64,000 nucleotides of DNA from a virus (Duplodnaviria; Caudoviricetes): IMG/VR virus record IMGVR_UViG_3300031555_010338; one strand, given 5' to 3'. The stretch's first letter is position 1. Every line of letters begins with the position of its first letter. Below, one piece after another: positions 11,171-18,330 of this stretch. Made by a program: the position numbers and the translations under genes. Below the pieces are notes generated by a model. The model saw nothing but the letters and a program-made list of their open reading frames with translations, was not told where the DNA came from and did no database searches.

Positions 11171-11234
11171 ATACTTCCGGTTTGCACGGTTTCCCCCACT
11201 TATTTAACGTCCATTGGTGACTCTCTTTAGACAC

Positions 11235-11302
11235 AAGACATGACATATTTGACCAAAAATATGATTTGAAATGGTGGTTCAAGAAATTGCTGTACATGCC
11301 TT
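11235..11302 (-). ncRNA. ACAGCAA-module RNA copy M1
   Basis: AAGGCATG-TACAGCAA...CATGTCTT closing helix with inner hairpin CATATTT/AAATATG. Confidence 0.6.
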
Positions 11303-11305
11303 TAT

Positions 11306-11382
11306 TGGTGGATCGGGAAGGTAACGATCCTTCATCCTACGGTTTTTCAGACCGTCGCTCAGACCTCATAAGCTACCGATCC
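11306..11382 (-). tRNA. tRNA-Phe(GAA)
   Basis: ACGGT-CTGAAAA-ACCGT; atypical T-loop ATCGTTA; CCA. Confidence 0.88.
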
Positions 11383-11421
11383 ATATAAACCCAGAGCGCC
11401 GTAGCGCATCTGAGTATGATC

Positions 11422-11514
11422 TGGCGGCGGAAGTAGGACTCGAACCCACAAGCCGCTCATCACGGCCAACAGTTTTCAAGACTGCTCCCCGCACCTACTG
11501 GGGTCAATTCCGCC
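11422..11514 (-). tRNA. tRNA-Ser(TGA)
   Basis: Long variable arm, CT-TGA-AA, CCA. Confidence 0.9.
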
Positions 11515-11519
11515 ATATA

Positions 11520-11637
11520 TGGTGGGTGAGGGTGGATTTGAACACACCGAACGGTTGTCAACCGATCTCTTTTACGAAGTAGGGCGACACTCCTACTCTG
11601 CCGGCGAGACTCCTTTGACCTCTTGGTTACTACACCC
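11520..11637 (-). tRNA. tRNA-Tyr-like with hairpin inserted in anticodon loop
   Basis: Acceptor, D, variable and T arms and CCA present; anticodon loop expanded by AGTAGG/CCTACT hairpin before GTA. Confidence 0.6.
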
Positions 11638-11642
11638 ATATT

Positions 11643-11729
11643 TGGTAGGGGAGGTGGGAGTCGAACCCACTCAGCCCGAAAGCAACGGTTTTACAGACCG
11701 CCCCAGCTCTCCGACTCTGGCGCTCCCCT
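11643..11729 (-). tRNA. tRNA-Tyr(GTA)
   Basis: GCGGT-CTGTAAA-ACCGT, long variable arm, CCA. Confidence 0.9.
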
Positions 11730-11891
11730 ATATCAAGTGCGGCTTCATGACATTTCAGAGGCGCAAAGCCGCAACGCTTTCTCTCCTACTGCCAGCTATT
11801 TCTCCCATAGCCAGGGCGCACTATCCTTGCGAATAGCTAAATACGCCGAACATCCTATTGGAGCGCTTTCACCTTGCGGGACTTCTATTGC

Positions 11892-12737
11892 TTAATTGCC
11901 GGTAGAATTTGAACCATTAACCGTGGCGTATGCTTTTACTGTATTTTTCAGCAATGCAACTCTGGTCATCAGGCCAACGCCGCCAGGAACCGGAGTAATC
12001 GCACTACACTTCTCGCTTACCGATGCAAAATCAACATCACCGCAAAGCTTACTATCTTCGCCTCTATTGATTCCAACATCCACAACAACCGCGCCATCCT
12101 TTACCATATCAGCCATAAGGAAACCAGGCTTCCCAACTGCACAAACGATAATATCTGCGTTTCGTGTGTAAGTAGAAATGTCTTTTGTTTTTGAATGACA
12201 TGTCGTTACAGTGCCACCCATACTGGTCAGCAATGCAGACATAGGTTTTCCAACAACATCACTTCTGCCGATCACAACACAATTCTTTCCCTCGACTTTA
12301 ATATCAAAGGCTTCCAGCAGATCAACAATACCAGAAGGTGTACACGGCATAAACGTCGGCCTACCAAGAACCAGCTTGCCAACACTCTCAGCCCTAAAGC
12401 AGTCCACATCTTTTTCTGGGTGGATATGCTCAATTACTGCGTTCTTGTCGATATGCTGCGGAAGAGGAAGCTGCACCAAAATACCGTCAACATCGTTTCG
12501 ATGATTTAGCGTCTGTACAGCGACAATTAAATCGCTTTGAGCTACTGTATCGTCAAAACGATATACACGGCAATCAATACCGCATTCCTCGCAATCCTTC
12601 TCCTTACCTCTGACATAAGCCTGAGAAGCAGGATTGTTACCTACCATGATTACGGCAAGCTTTGGTGGTCTTGCGAAGTTAGATATCGTTCTTCTTATTT
12701 TTTCTTTTTCTCTTGCGGCAACTTCCTTGCCGCTCAT
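11892..12737 (-). CDS. folD: Bifunctional methylenetetrahydrofolate dehydrogenase/cyclohydrolase
   Basis: GILVQLPLP, EKDVD, PCTP, VIGRSDVVGKP, ITPVPGGVG motifs. Confidence 0.95.
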   Translation of the reverse strand: MSGKEVAAREKEKIRRTISNFARPPKLAVIMVGNNPASQAYVRGKEKDCEECGIDCRVYRFDDTVAQSDLIVAVQTLNHRNDVDGILVQLPLPQHIDKNAVIEHIHPEKDVDCFRAESVGKLVLGRPTFMPCTPSGIVDLLEAFDIKVEGKNCVVIGRSDVVGKPMSALLTSMGGTVTTCHSKTKDISTYTRNADIIVCAVGKPGFLMADMVKDGAVVVDVGINRGEDSKLCGDVDFASVSEKCSAITPVPGGVGLMTRVALLKNTVKAYATVNGSNSTGN

Positions 12738-12775
12738 CAGAATGTAACTAATAGAAATCAGTCCTTACATGAATT

Positions 12776-12867
12776 TGGTGCCGGCAGTAGGACTCGAACC
12801 CACAACCTGCCGCTTATCTGGCGCAACGGGGTATAATTCCGCTGCTCTACCATTGAGCTATGCCGGC
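12776..12867 (-). tRNA. tRNA-Ile-like with two anticodon arms (TAT and GAT)
   Basis: GCGGA-ATTATAC-CCCGT followed by TGCGC-CAGATAA-GCGGC-AGGTT, then T arm and CCA. Confidence 0.65.
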
Positions 12868-12874
12868 ATACAGT

Positions 12875-12949
12875 TGGTGCGGGTGGAGGGAATTGAACCC
12901 ACGACCTTGTGATTAAGAGTCACCTGCTCTACCGCTGAGCTACACCCGC
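12875..12949 (-). tRNA. tRNA-Lys(CTT)
   Basis: Cloverleaf, CT-CTT-AA, CCA. Confidence 0.92.
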
Positions 12950-12969
12950 AAACATGGATGAAAGAAGAC

Positions 12970-13074
12970 AAGACACATAAGAAAGGGAGGTGAATGAAAG
13001 AAAGGAGCTGCTTATGGAGAAAGCACATTGTAAAAAACATAGTTTTGATTTTGTTATTTTGCTGTGTGTGTCTT
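12970..13074 (-). ncRNA. ACAGCAA-module RNA copy M2 with anti-SD-like loop
   Basis: AAGACAC-ACACAGCAA...GTGTCTT; loop contains TCACCTCCCTTTCT. Confidence 0.6.
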
Positions 13075-13081
13075 TGTTGTT

Positions 13082-13156
13082 TGGCAGGAGCTGAAGGACT
13101 CGAACCCTCACGAACAGTTTTGGAGACTGTCATGCTACCGATTACATCAAGCTCCT
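13082..13156 (-). tRNA. tRNA-Trp(CCA)
   Basis: ACAGT-CTCCAAA-ACTGT, CCA. Confidence 0.92.
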
Positions 13157-13157
13157 A

Positions 13158-13235
13158 TGGGGTGGATGACGGAACTCGAATCCGCGACCTTTGGAGCCAC
13201 AATCCAACGCTCTAAGCCATCTGAGCTACATCCAC
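13158..13235 (-). tRNA. tRNA-His(GTG)
   Basis: TT-GTG-GC loop, C73, CCA; no encoded G-1. Confidence 0.9.
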
Positions 13236-13236
13236 A

Positions 13237-13313
13237 TGGCGACGCATACGGGACTTGAACCCGTGACCTCCGGCGTGACAGGCCGGCGTTCTACTCTTCT
13301 GAACTAATGCGCC
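13237..13313 (-). tRNA. tRNA-Asp(GTC)
   Basis: CCGGC-CTGTCAC-GCCGG, CCA. Confidence 0.92.
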
Positions 13314-13317
13314 ATAT

Positions 13318-13394
13318 TGGTGATGCGTATGGGGCTTGAACCCATAAATTCCAGCGTGAAAGGCTGGTGACTCTACCAATTCGTCCAACGCACC
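13318..13394 (-). tRNA. tRNA-Glu(TTC)
   Basis: CCAGC-CTTTCAC-GCTGG, CCA. Confidence 0.92.
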
Positions 13395-13398
13395 ATAT

Positions 13399-13485
13399 TG
13401 GTACTGCTAATGGGACTTGAACCCATACGAGATTTCTCCCACCAGCCCCTCAAGCTGGCGTGTCTGCCTATTCCACCATAGCAGC
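13399..13485 (-). tRNA. tRNA-Leu(GAG)
   Basis: CCAGC-TTGAGGG-GCTGG, long variable arm, CCA. Confidence 0.9.
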
Positions 13486-13490
13486 ATATT

Positions 13491-13745
13491 TTATTCATTC
13501 CAATCAATTAGGGGATATAGATCGTAGGGTGAATTACCAGTTACCAACTTCTCATATCCTCCATCCACAATGCGCCAAAGCGTATGCTTTTTCTTTTCTG
13601 GATTTTGACTGATCTGATATTGCTTACCAGACTTTGTTTTACACAACACACCAGTACCGCATTCAGAAGCTGGAAGTTTCTTGACAACCTTTGATGTCTT
13701 TTCTTTTACAACATTTGCTGCCTTTCTCGGCATATATTCACCCAC
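13491..13745 (-). CDS. Small basic hypothetical protein
   Basis: ~80 aa ORF filling the gap between tRNAs. Confidence 0.55.
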   Translation of the reverse strand: MGEYMPRKAANVVKEKTSKVVKKLPASECGTGVLCKTKSGKQYQISQNPEKKKHTLWRIVDGGYEKLVTGNSPYDLYPLIDWNE

Positions 13746-13861
13746 TTATATATAATGGCAAGGCGCTTCCAGTTGGAAGCCTTATTACGGCAAGCGGGTC
13801 ATGAATCCGCAATTTCTGCTATAACAACTTGTGCGCACAAGCCCCTTCGCAGATCCACCTC

Positions 13862-13938
13862 TGGTACTCCCAACGGGACTCGAACCCGTATTACCGGCTT
13901 GAGAGGCCAGCCTCCTATTCCAGTTAGAGGATGGGAGC
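13862..13938 (-). tRNA. tRNA-Glu(CTC)
   Basis: CT-CTC-AA loop, CCA. Confidence 0.9.
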
Positions 13939-13949
13939 ATATAAACAAA

Positions 13950-14040
13950 TGGCTGGGGTAGCAGGACTCGAACCTGCGGACGAGGGTAAACCTCTTGTCG
14001 GAGTCAAAGTCCGATGCCTTACCAACTTGGCGATACCCCA
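13950..14040 (-). tRNA. tRNA-Gln(TTG) with unusually long variable arm
   Basis: TCGGA-CTTTGAC-TCCGA, T1-A72, variable hairpin GAGG/CCTC, CCA. Confidence 0.85.
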
Positions 14041-14047
14041 ATATAAA

Positions 14048-14124
14048 TGGTACGCCAGAGAGGACTCGAACCCCCAACCGTAGGATTAGAAATCCCATGC
14101 TCTGTCCAGTTGAGCTACTGGCGC
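14048..14124 (-). tRNA. tRNA-Arg(TCT)
   Basis: TT-TCT-AA loop, CCA. Confidence 0.92.
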
Positions 14125-14127
14125 ATA

Positions 14128-14201
14128 TGGAGATACCGATAGGATTTGAACCTATGATCCTGGGGTTGCAACCCAGAGCCTTCCCACTTGGCTACGGTAT
14201 C
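14128..14201 (-). tRNA. tRNA-Cys(GCA)
   Basis: TT-GCA-AC loop, T73, CCA. Confidence 0.92.
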
Positions 14202-14205
14202 ATAT

Positions 14206-14282
14206 TGGTACGCCTGGGAAGACTCGAACTCCCGACACATCGGTTCGTAGCCGATTGCTCTATTCCACTGAGCTACAGGCGC
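14206..14282 (-). tRNA. tRNA-Arg(ACG)
   Basis: ATCGG-CTACGAA-CCGAT, CCA. Confidence 0.92.
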
Positions 14283-14399
14283 ATAAAAGAAGGAGCCTAA
14301 ACAGCGCCAACAATGCCTTACACATCGGCTGTCGCCATCCAATAGGAAGTCTCAGGGTTACTGGTTTGCTCCTTGGCCTACTAAAAACCCTTGTTCGGT

Positions 14400-14487
14400 T
14401 GGTGCTGGCGGTGGGACTTGAACCCACACGGTATTGCTACCAACGGATTTTGAGTCCGCCGCGTCTGCCGATTCCGACCACGCCAGC
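14400..14487 (-). tRNA. tRNA-Leu(CAA)
   Basis: CT-CAA-AA, long variable arm, CCA. Confidence 0.92.
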
Positions 14488-14495
14488 ATAAAAAC

Positions 14496-14562
14496 AGAGC
14501 GCCTTGTTTTGGTTGTATCAGTTAAAAGTTGATTCCAGAAAGAAAGTTGCTGTAAGCGCTCT
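14496..14562 (-). ncRNA. ACAGCAA-module RNA copy M3 carrying Lys(UUU) anticodon stem-loop mimic
   Basis: AGAGCGC-TTACAGCAA...ATCAA-CTTTTAA-CTGAT...GCGCTCT. Confidence 0.65.
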
Positions 14563-14566
14563 TGAA

Positions 14567-14653
14567 TGGTACAGGAGACAGGACTTGAACCTGCACGACC
14601 TTGCGGCCAATAGACTCTGAATCTACCGCGTCTGCCAATTCCGCCACACCTGC
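14567..14653 (-). tRNA. tRNA-Leu(CAG)
   Basis: TT-CAG-AG, long variable arm, CCA. Confidence 0.9.
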
Positions 14654-14659
14654 ATATTG

Positions 14660-14735
14660 TGGAGTAGATGACGAGACTTGAACTCGCAACAGCCAGCTTG
14701 GAAGGCTGGAACTCTACCAGTTGAGCTACATCTAC
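14660..14735 (-). tRNA. tRNA-Gly(TCC)
   Basis: CCAGC-CTTCCAA-GCTGG, T73, CCA. Confidence 0.92.
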
Positions 14736-14738
14736 AAA

Positions 14739-14814
14739 TGGTACACGATGACGGGATCGAACCGCCGACATCATCCTTGTAAGGGACGCGCTCTCCCTGC
14801 TGAGCTAATCGTGC
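14739..14814 (-). tRNA. tRNA-Val(TAC)
   Basis: CT-TAC-AA, CCA. Confidence 0.92.
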
Positions 14815-14977
14815 GTATTGGCCTACTCACACCGCAGGCCGTGGTGTCGGCTCGTACTTCGCCCACCGATTTGCGTCGGTTTTACTCCCAAAACCTTGTA
14901 AAAGTCATCACTGCCAGATGTGAAGGTTTCCATTTCCCATTCAGTTTACAGTCTCCGCTCTGTTTGTGGGACGGGCA

Positions 14978-15052
14978 TGGTTGCGGGGGTGGGACTCGAA
15001 CCCACGATTCCCAGCTTATGAGGCTGGTGAGATGCCGCTTCTCTACCCCGCA
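14978..15052 (-). tRNA. tRNA-Met(CAT), initiator-like acceptor/D arm
   Basis: TGCGGGG acceptor, CT-CAT-AA; lacks the three G-C anticodon pairs. Confidence 0.85.
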
Positions 15053-15175
15053 ATATATACCGTGGATAGACCACGGGCATACGGCGTTGCGCCTAATGTG
15101 TTTGATGACAGTTCTAAAATCAGCACCAGTGCAGGCACTGGCCTCTTCTAAACTCCCTGTCATGTTTTGTTCTGC

Positions 15176-15251
15176 TGGCTGGCATGGTGGGACTCGAACC
15201 CACGACATACGGATTAACAGTCCGCCGTTCTACCAACTGGACTACACGCCA
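15176..15251 (-). tRNA. tRNA-Asn(GTT)
   Basis: CT-GTT-AA, G73, CCA. Confidence 0.92.
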
Positions 15252-15260
15252 ATATCTAAC

Positions 15261-15371
15261 GAGACGCATCAATTCCATTTTGTGAAAACACCTCGGCGTT
15301 TACCGCCGAAACTTGATAAATTCAAACTTACCTTTTTTCTTCATCATATAGAAAGTTGCTGTTCGCGTCTC
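15261..15371 (-). ncRNA. ACAGCAA-module RNA copy M4
   Basis: GAGACGC-GAACAGCAA...GCGTCTC; inner hairpin TCGGCG/CGCCGA. Confidence 0.6.
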
Positions 15372-15382
15372 TATGTATGTTC

Positions 15383-15438
15383 AAGGCACATCATCTTCTT
15401 TTACCGCAAAAAGTATGTAGTGTTGCTGTTCGTGCCTT
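15383..15438 (-). ncRNA. ACAGCAA-module RNA copy M5
   Basis: AAGGCAC-GAACAGCAA...GTGCCTT; inner hairpin CTTTT-TGCGGT-AAAAG. Confidence 0.6.
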
Positions 15439-15463
15439 TGTTATTTTGCGCGGAATTTCCGCG

Positions 15464-15539
15464 TGGTCTGAGTGGTGGGGATCAAACCCACGGCCTCGTG
15501 ATCCCAAATCACGCGCTCTATCATCTGAGCTACACCCAG
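15464..15539 (-). tRNA. tRNA-Pro(TGG)
   Basis: CGTGA-TTTGGGA-TCACG, C1-G72, CCA. Confidence 0.9.
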
Positions 15540-15544
15540 ATATT

Positions 15545-15965
15545 TGGTGGAGTAGGCGGGAATCGAACCCGCGTCCGAAATTCCTACATGTACAAAACAT
15601 TCTTACGCAATAGTCGATAGTTTCTGCATTTACCGAATGGAAGGCTGCTTAGATGATCGACACAACAAATGCCCAGGGCGCACCGGTTTAGTGGCCTCCA
15701 CCACCTTGTTTCTTTTCACAGTGACAAGGAAAACTGCAATGCTGGCTGAATCATTATCCTCAGACGCTCACCCAACCAGAGGTGCGTCGTTTTGGTATCC
15801 GAACTGCTGTTAAGCAGCAACCCTCTCTGCCACACAAGCGGCCAGTGCAGGATGGATCATAACGAAAACTTCAGTGTTGTCATTTCATTTTTGTTTGAGC
15901 CGTAAGGAGGACTCATACCTGCGTGTTTTGCACTCTCAAAACCCCGTCGAACCCATTACTACCCC
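15545..15965 (-). ncRNA. ssrA: tmRNA
   Basis: 5' GGGGTAGTAATGGGTTCGACGGG; 3' GGACGCGGGTTCGATTCCCGCCTACTCCACCA with G3.U70; tag ORF DNTEVFVMIHPALAACVAERVAA*. Confidence 0.92.
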
Positions 15966-15979
15966 ATATTAAATTGTAG

Positions 15980-16055
15980 TGGTCGAGACGAATGGGATTG
16001 AACCATTGACCTTTCGATTATCAATCGAATGCTCTACCAACTGAGCTACGCCTCG
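15980..16055 (-). tRNA. tRNA-Ile(GAT)
   Basis: TTCGA-TTGATAA-TCGAA, CCA. Confidence 0.92.
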
Positions 16056-16172
16056 ATATTAGGCCATGCGTCCGAAAAACCTCGTCTGCAGCCGATAGGT
16101 TTTTAGCTGAGATAGCAGTAAAAGTAATGAGCTGAACCGCACAAACGCTAACATAACCAACATGGCACATTC

Positions 16173-16248
16173 TGGTGGAACTGATGGGGGTCGAACCCAC
16201 GACCTCCTGCTTGCAAGGCAGGCGCTCTCCCAACTGAGCTACAGCCCC
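16173..16248 (-). tRNA. tRNA-Ala(TGC)
   Basis: GGGGCTG acceptor, CT-TGC-AA, CCA. Confidence 0.93.
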
Positions 16249-16293
16249 AGGTATTCCCGCCCCTTTCGGGGCAGGAGTTTTTAGGTTATAAGG

Positions 16294-17097
16294 TTAGCAA
16301 CAGAAGCCGAAGGACACGCCACAACTGGTGCCGGCGCCGTTAAGGTTGGCGTCGCCGCCGCTGGAAACAGAACAGAAACTCGCGGAGATGCTGGAAAGAG
16401 GAGAACGCAGAAAATTCCATCGTCGATCTCCAAAATCGTCTTCCTTGTAGTATGGGACATCTTCCTGTTTATAGAACTCATACCACTTACCCTCTCCAGG
16501 GACAGAGTAAAAACATCTACCGTATAATTCCTTCTCGCTTTTCAACCACAGTTTACAGACACTCTTGACGATTTCCTTGCTACAGTTACCAGCGCTGGTC
16601 AACTTAATAACAGGCTTAATAATCGCCTGAATATCATCAGAACACAAATTGATAATCTCATCGTTTAACCTACGATTCATATCACAGGCATCCCAACCAC
16701 CACGATTCGTGCAGTCTTGATTCATCCGCATGTCTTCTTTGTAAATATTCACCATATCCCAAGAAATGGGAGCCTTACCGGAGCCATCAGCAAGATCGTC
16801 GTGGTCAAAACCAATAATCTGCCATACAGCAACGAAGCCGTTCTTCATGTAGTCCTTCTTCTGAGCGCCAAGAGCAAATGTCTCTCGCGCCTTACCAGAA
16901 CGACCAACATCATCAATTTTATCCCACGAAAGATGGTTGAGATCCTTCATTGGAAGCGCCATAGGCGCAACAAACCCAATGTCCAGCGGCTCATGCTTCA
17001 TCTCCGAACCAAAGTCGAATGTCACGACACCATTGTTACACGAGATATTCAAAGAGCCAAACCTTCCGATATCTTTCTCACTGATACTGACCTGCAT
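16294..17097 (-). CDS. DUF6273-like protein with C-terminal CLec-like region (candidate DGR target)
   Basis: WQIIGFDHD, KLWLKSEKE, WNFLRSP...FCSV...GVSFGFC C-terminus. Confidence 0.6.
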   Translation of the reverse strand: MQVSISEKDIGRFGSLNISCNNGVVTFDFGSEMKHEPLDIGFVAPMALPMKDLNHLSWDKIDDVGRSGKARETFALGAQKKDYMKNGFVAVWQIIGFDHDDLADGSGKAPISWDMVNIYKEDMRMNQDCTNRGGWDACDMNRRLNDEIINLCSDDIQAIIKPVIKLTSAGNCSKEIVKSVCKLWLKSEKELYGRCFYSVPGEGKWYEFYKQEDVPYYKEDDFGDRRWNFLRSPLSSISASFCSVSSGGDANLNGAGTSCGVSFGFCC

Positions 17098-17130
17098 TCA
17101 TTAACACTCCCTTGTGTTGTTTAGTTACTT

Positions 17131-17766
17131 CCTTGAAAAATTCAATATCTCAATCACACTCATCATTCGGCCTTCGCCGTACCTCCATTACCTTCTTCCA
17201 ATCTTCTGCCACCAGGGAGACAAGTCTGAGCTTCGGGGAGCGACCCCTAACTTCTTGCCCCAGTCCCCGCCCTAAAAGAGCCGAACCACGAGTCCTGTGC
17301 GGGATTGTTTACCCGCAAATTTCACCGTTCGTTCAGAAATTGTTACTTTTACAATAACGCACCCAATTTGCATTATAGAAAGATCATCTTCTTCTCCGTC
17401 CTACGGCTACTTTAACCGGCGACTTTCGTTATAGCCGAATTTCTTCGACATCAAGACGGAAACGCATTGCTGGCTTTACCTCCGTCATTATGGCTGCCAC
17501 ACCATAACCCCATAGGCTTATTCTTCCACCGGAAGCGTCTATTGCTGCGCCCGAAAGTTCCGTGCATTTTGTAGCGATAACTCTTAGCACCACACATTTT
17601 TGTTGGCGGTTTCCGCCTCCCCACAATACATCGCTGCATCGCAGCCGCCCAGCAATAAAAGGTATCCCTCGTAAGCCAAACGGAAATTACTGCGTGTCTC
17701 TGAGTGCTGACGCACTTTGTTCACAGAGTTAATAATAAGCATGATTCAGATATTGAATTTTCAAGG
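17131..17766 (-). ncRNA. Large ornate ncRNA (ROOL/GOLLD-class candidate)
   Basis: ~635 nt closed by 19-20 bp terminal inverted repeat CCTTGAAAATTCAATATCT; many internal hairpins; no good ORF; among tRNAs. Confidence 0.65.
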
Positions 17767-17771
17767 TTCTT

Positions 17772-17847
17772 TGGAGCTGGTGACAGGAATCGAACCCGCA
17801 ACCCACTGATTACAAATCAGTTGCGCTACCTGTTGCGCTACACCAGC
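17772..17847 (-). tRNA. tRNA-Thr(TGT)
   Basis: ACTGA-TTTGTAA-TCAGT, CCA. Confidence 0.92.
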
Positions 17848-17880
17848 AGATTGTTTAGTTAGTTCCTCTTGACAAGTATT

Positions 17881-17909
17881 ACTATACCAGACAGAAACCG
17901 ATTTGTCAA
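17881..17909 (-). promoter_or_regulatory. sigmaA-type promoter for tRNA/ncRNA array
   Basis: TTGACA-17bp-TATAGT. Confidence 0.75.
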
Positions 17910-17940
17910 TAGGAATTAGCAAAATAATTTCAAAAATTTT

Positions 17941-18016
17941 TGGTGGCTGGGATCGGACTCGAACCGATGTCTCCAGCTTATGAGGCTGGCAAGAAAACCA
18001 ACTTCTCCACCCAGCC
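17941..18016 (-). tRNA. tRNA-Met or Ile2 (CAT)
   Basis: CCAGC-CTCATAA-GCTGG, CCA. Confidence 0.85.
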
Positions 18017-18045
18017 ATAATTAGGCGGGGCGGATGCCCCACCTA

Positions 18046-18330
18046 TTATGCGTCTCTTACAGAGCGTGTAAGCTCGTCTCCAGGACGGAACACCACATTC
18101 TGAAAACTTGGAACCATAATGCGTTCCTTGGTTTCTGGATGCACCGCAGGATGAGCCTTAAACTCTTTTACTTCAAATGTACCAAATCCACGGATCGTCA
18201 CCTTTTCACCTCGGATAAGTGCCGCCTGGATTTCGTCAAAAATGTCGTCAATTACATTCTTGACAATATACTTCTTATTGCCCTGCTTACCAGCAACGGC
18301 ATTGATAAGATCCGTTTTATTCATACTCAC
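18046..18330 (-). CDS. hup: HU/IHF-family DNA-binding protein
   Basis: MNKTDLI, VTIRGFGTFEV, HPETKE, VFRPG motifs. Confidence 0.9.
   Translation of the reverse strand: MSMNKTDLINAVAGKQGNKKYIVKNVIDDIFDEIQAALIRGEKVTIRGFGTFEVKEFKAHPAVHPETKERIMVPSFQNVVFRPGDELTRSVRDA

Noticed and set aside
15812-15820. GCAGCAA on + strand within tmRNA
   Set aside because: Wrong strand, part of the tag codons (GTT GCT GCT), no flanking helix.
11519-16233. Many ORF-track ORFs across the tRNA array
   Set aside because: They overlap clear tRNA/tmRNA genes and lack RBSs or protein motifs; only folD and 13491-13745 are retained.
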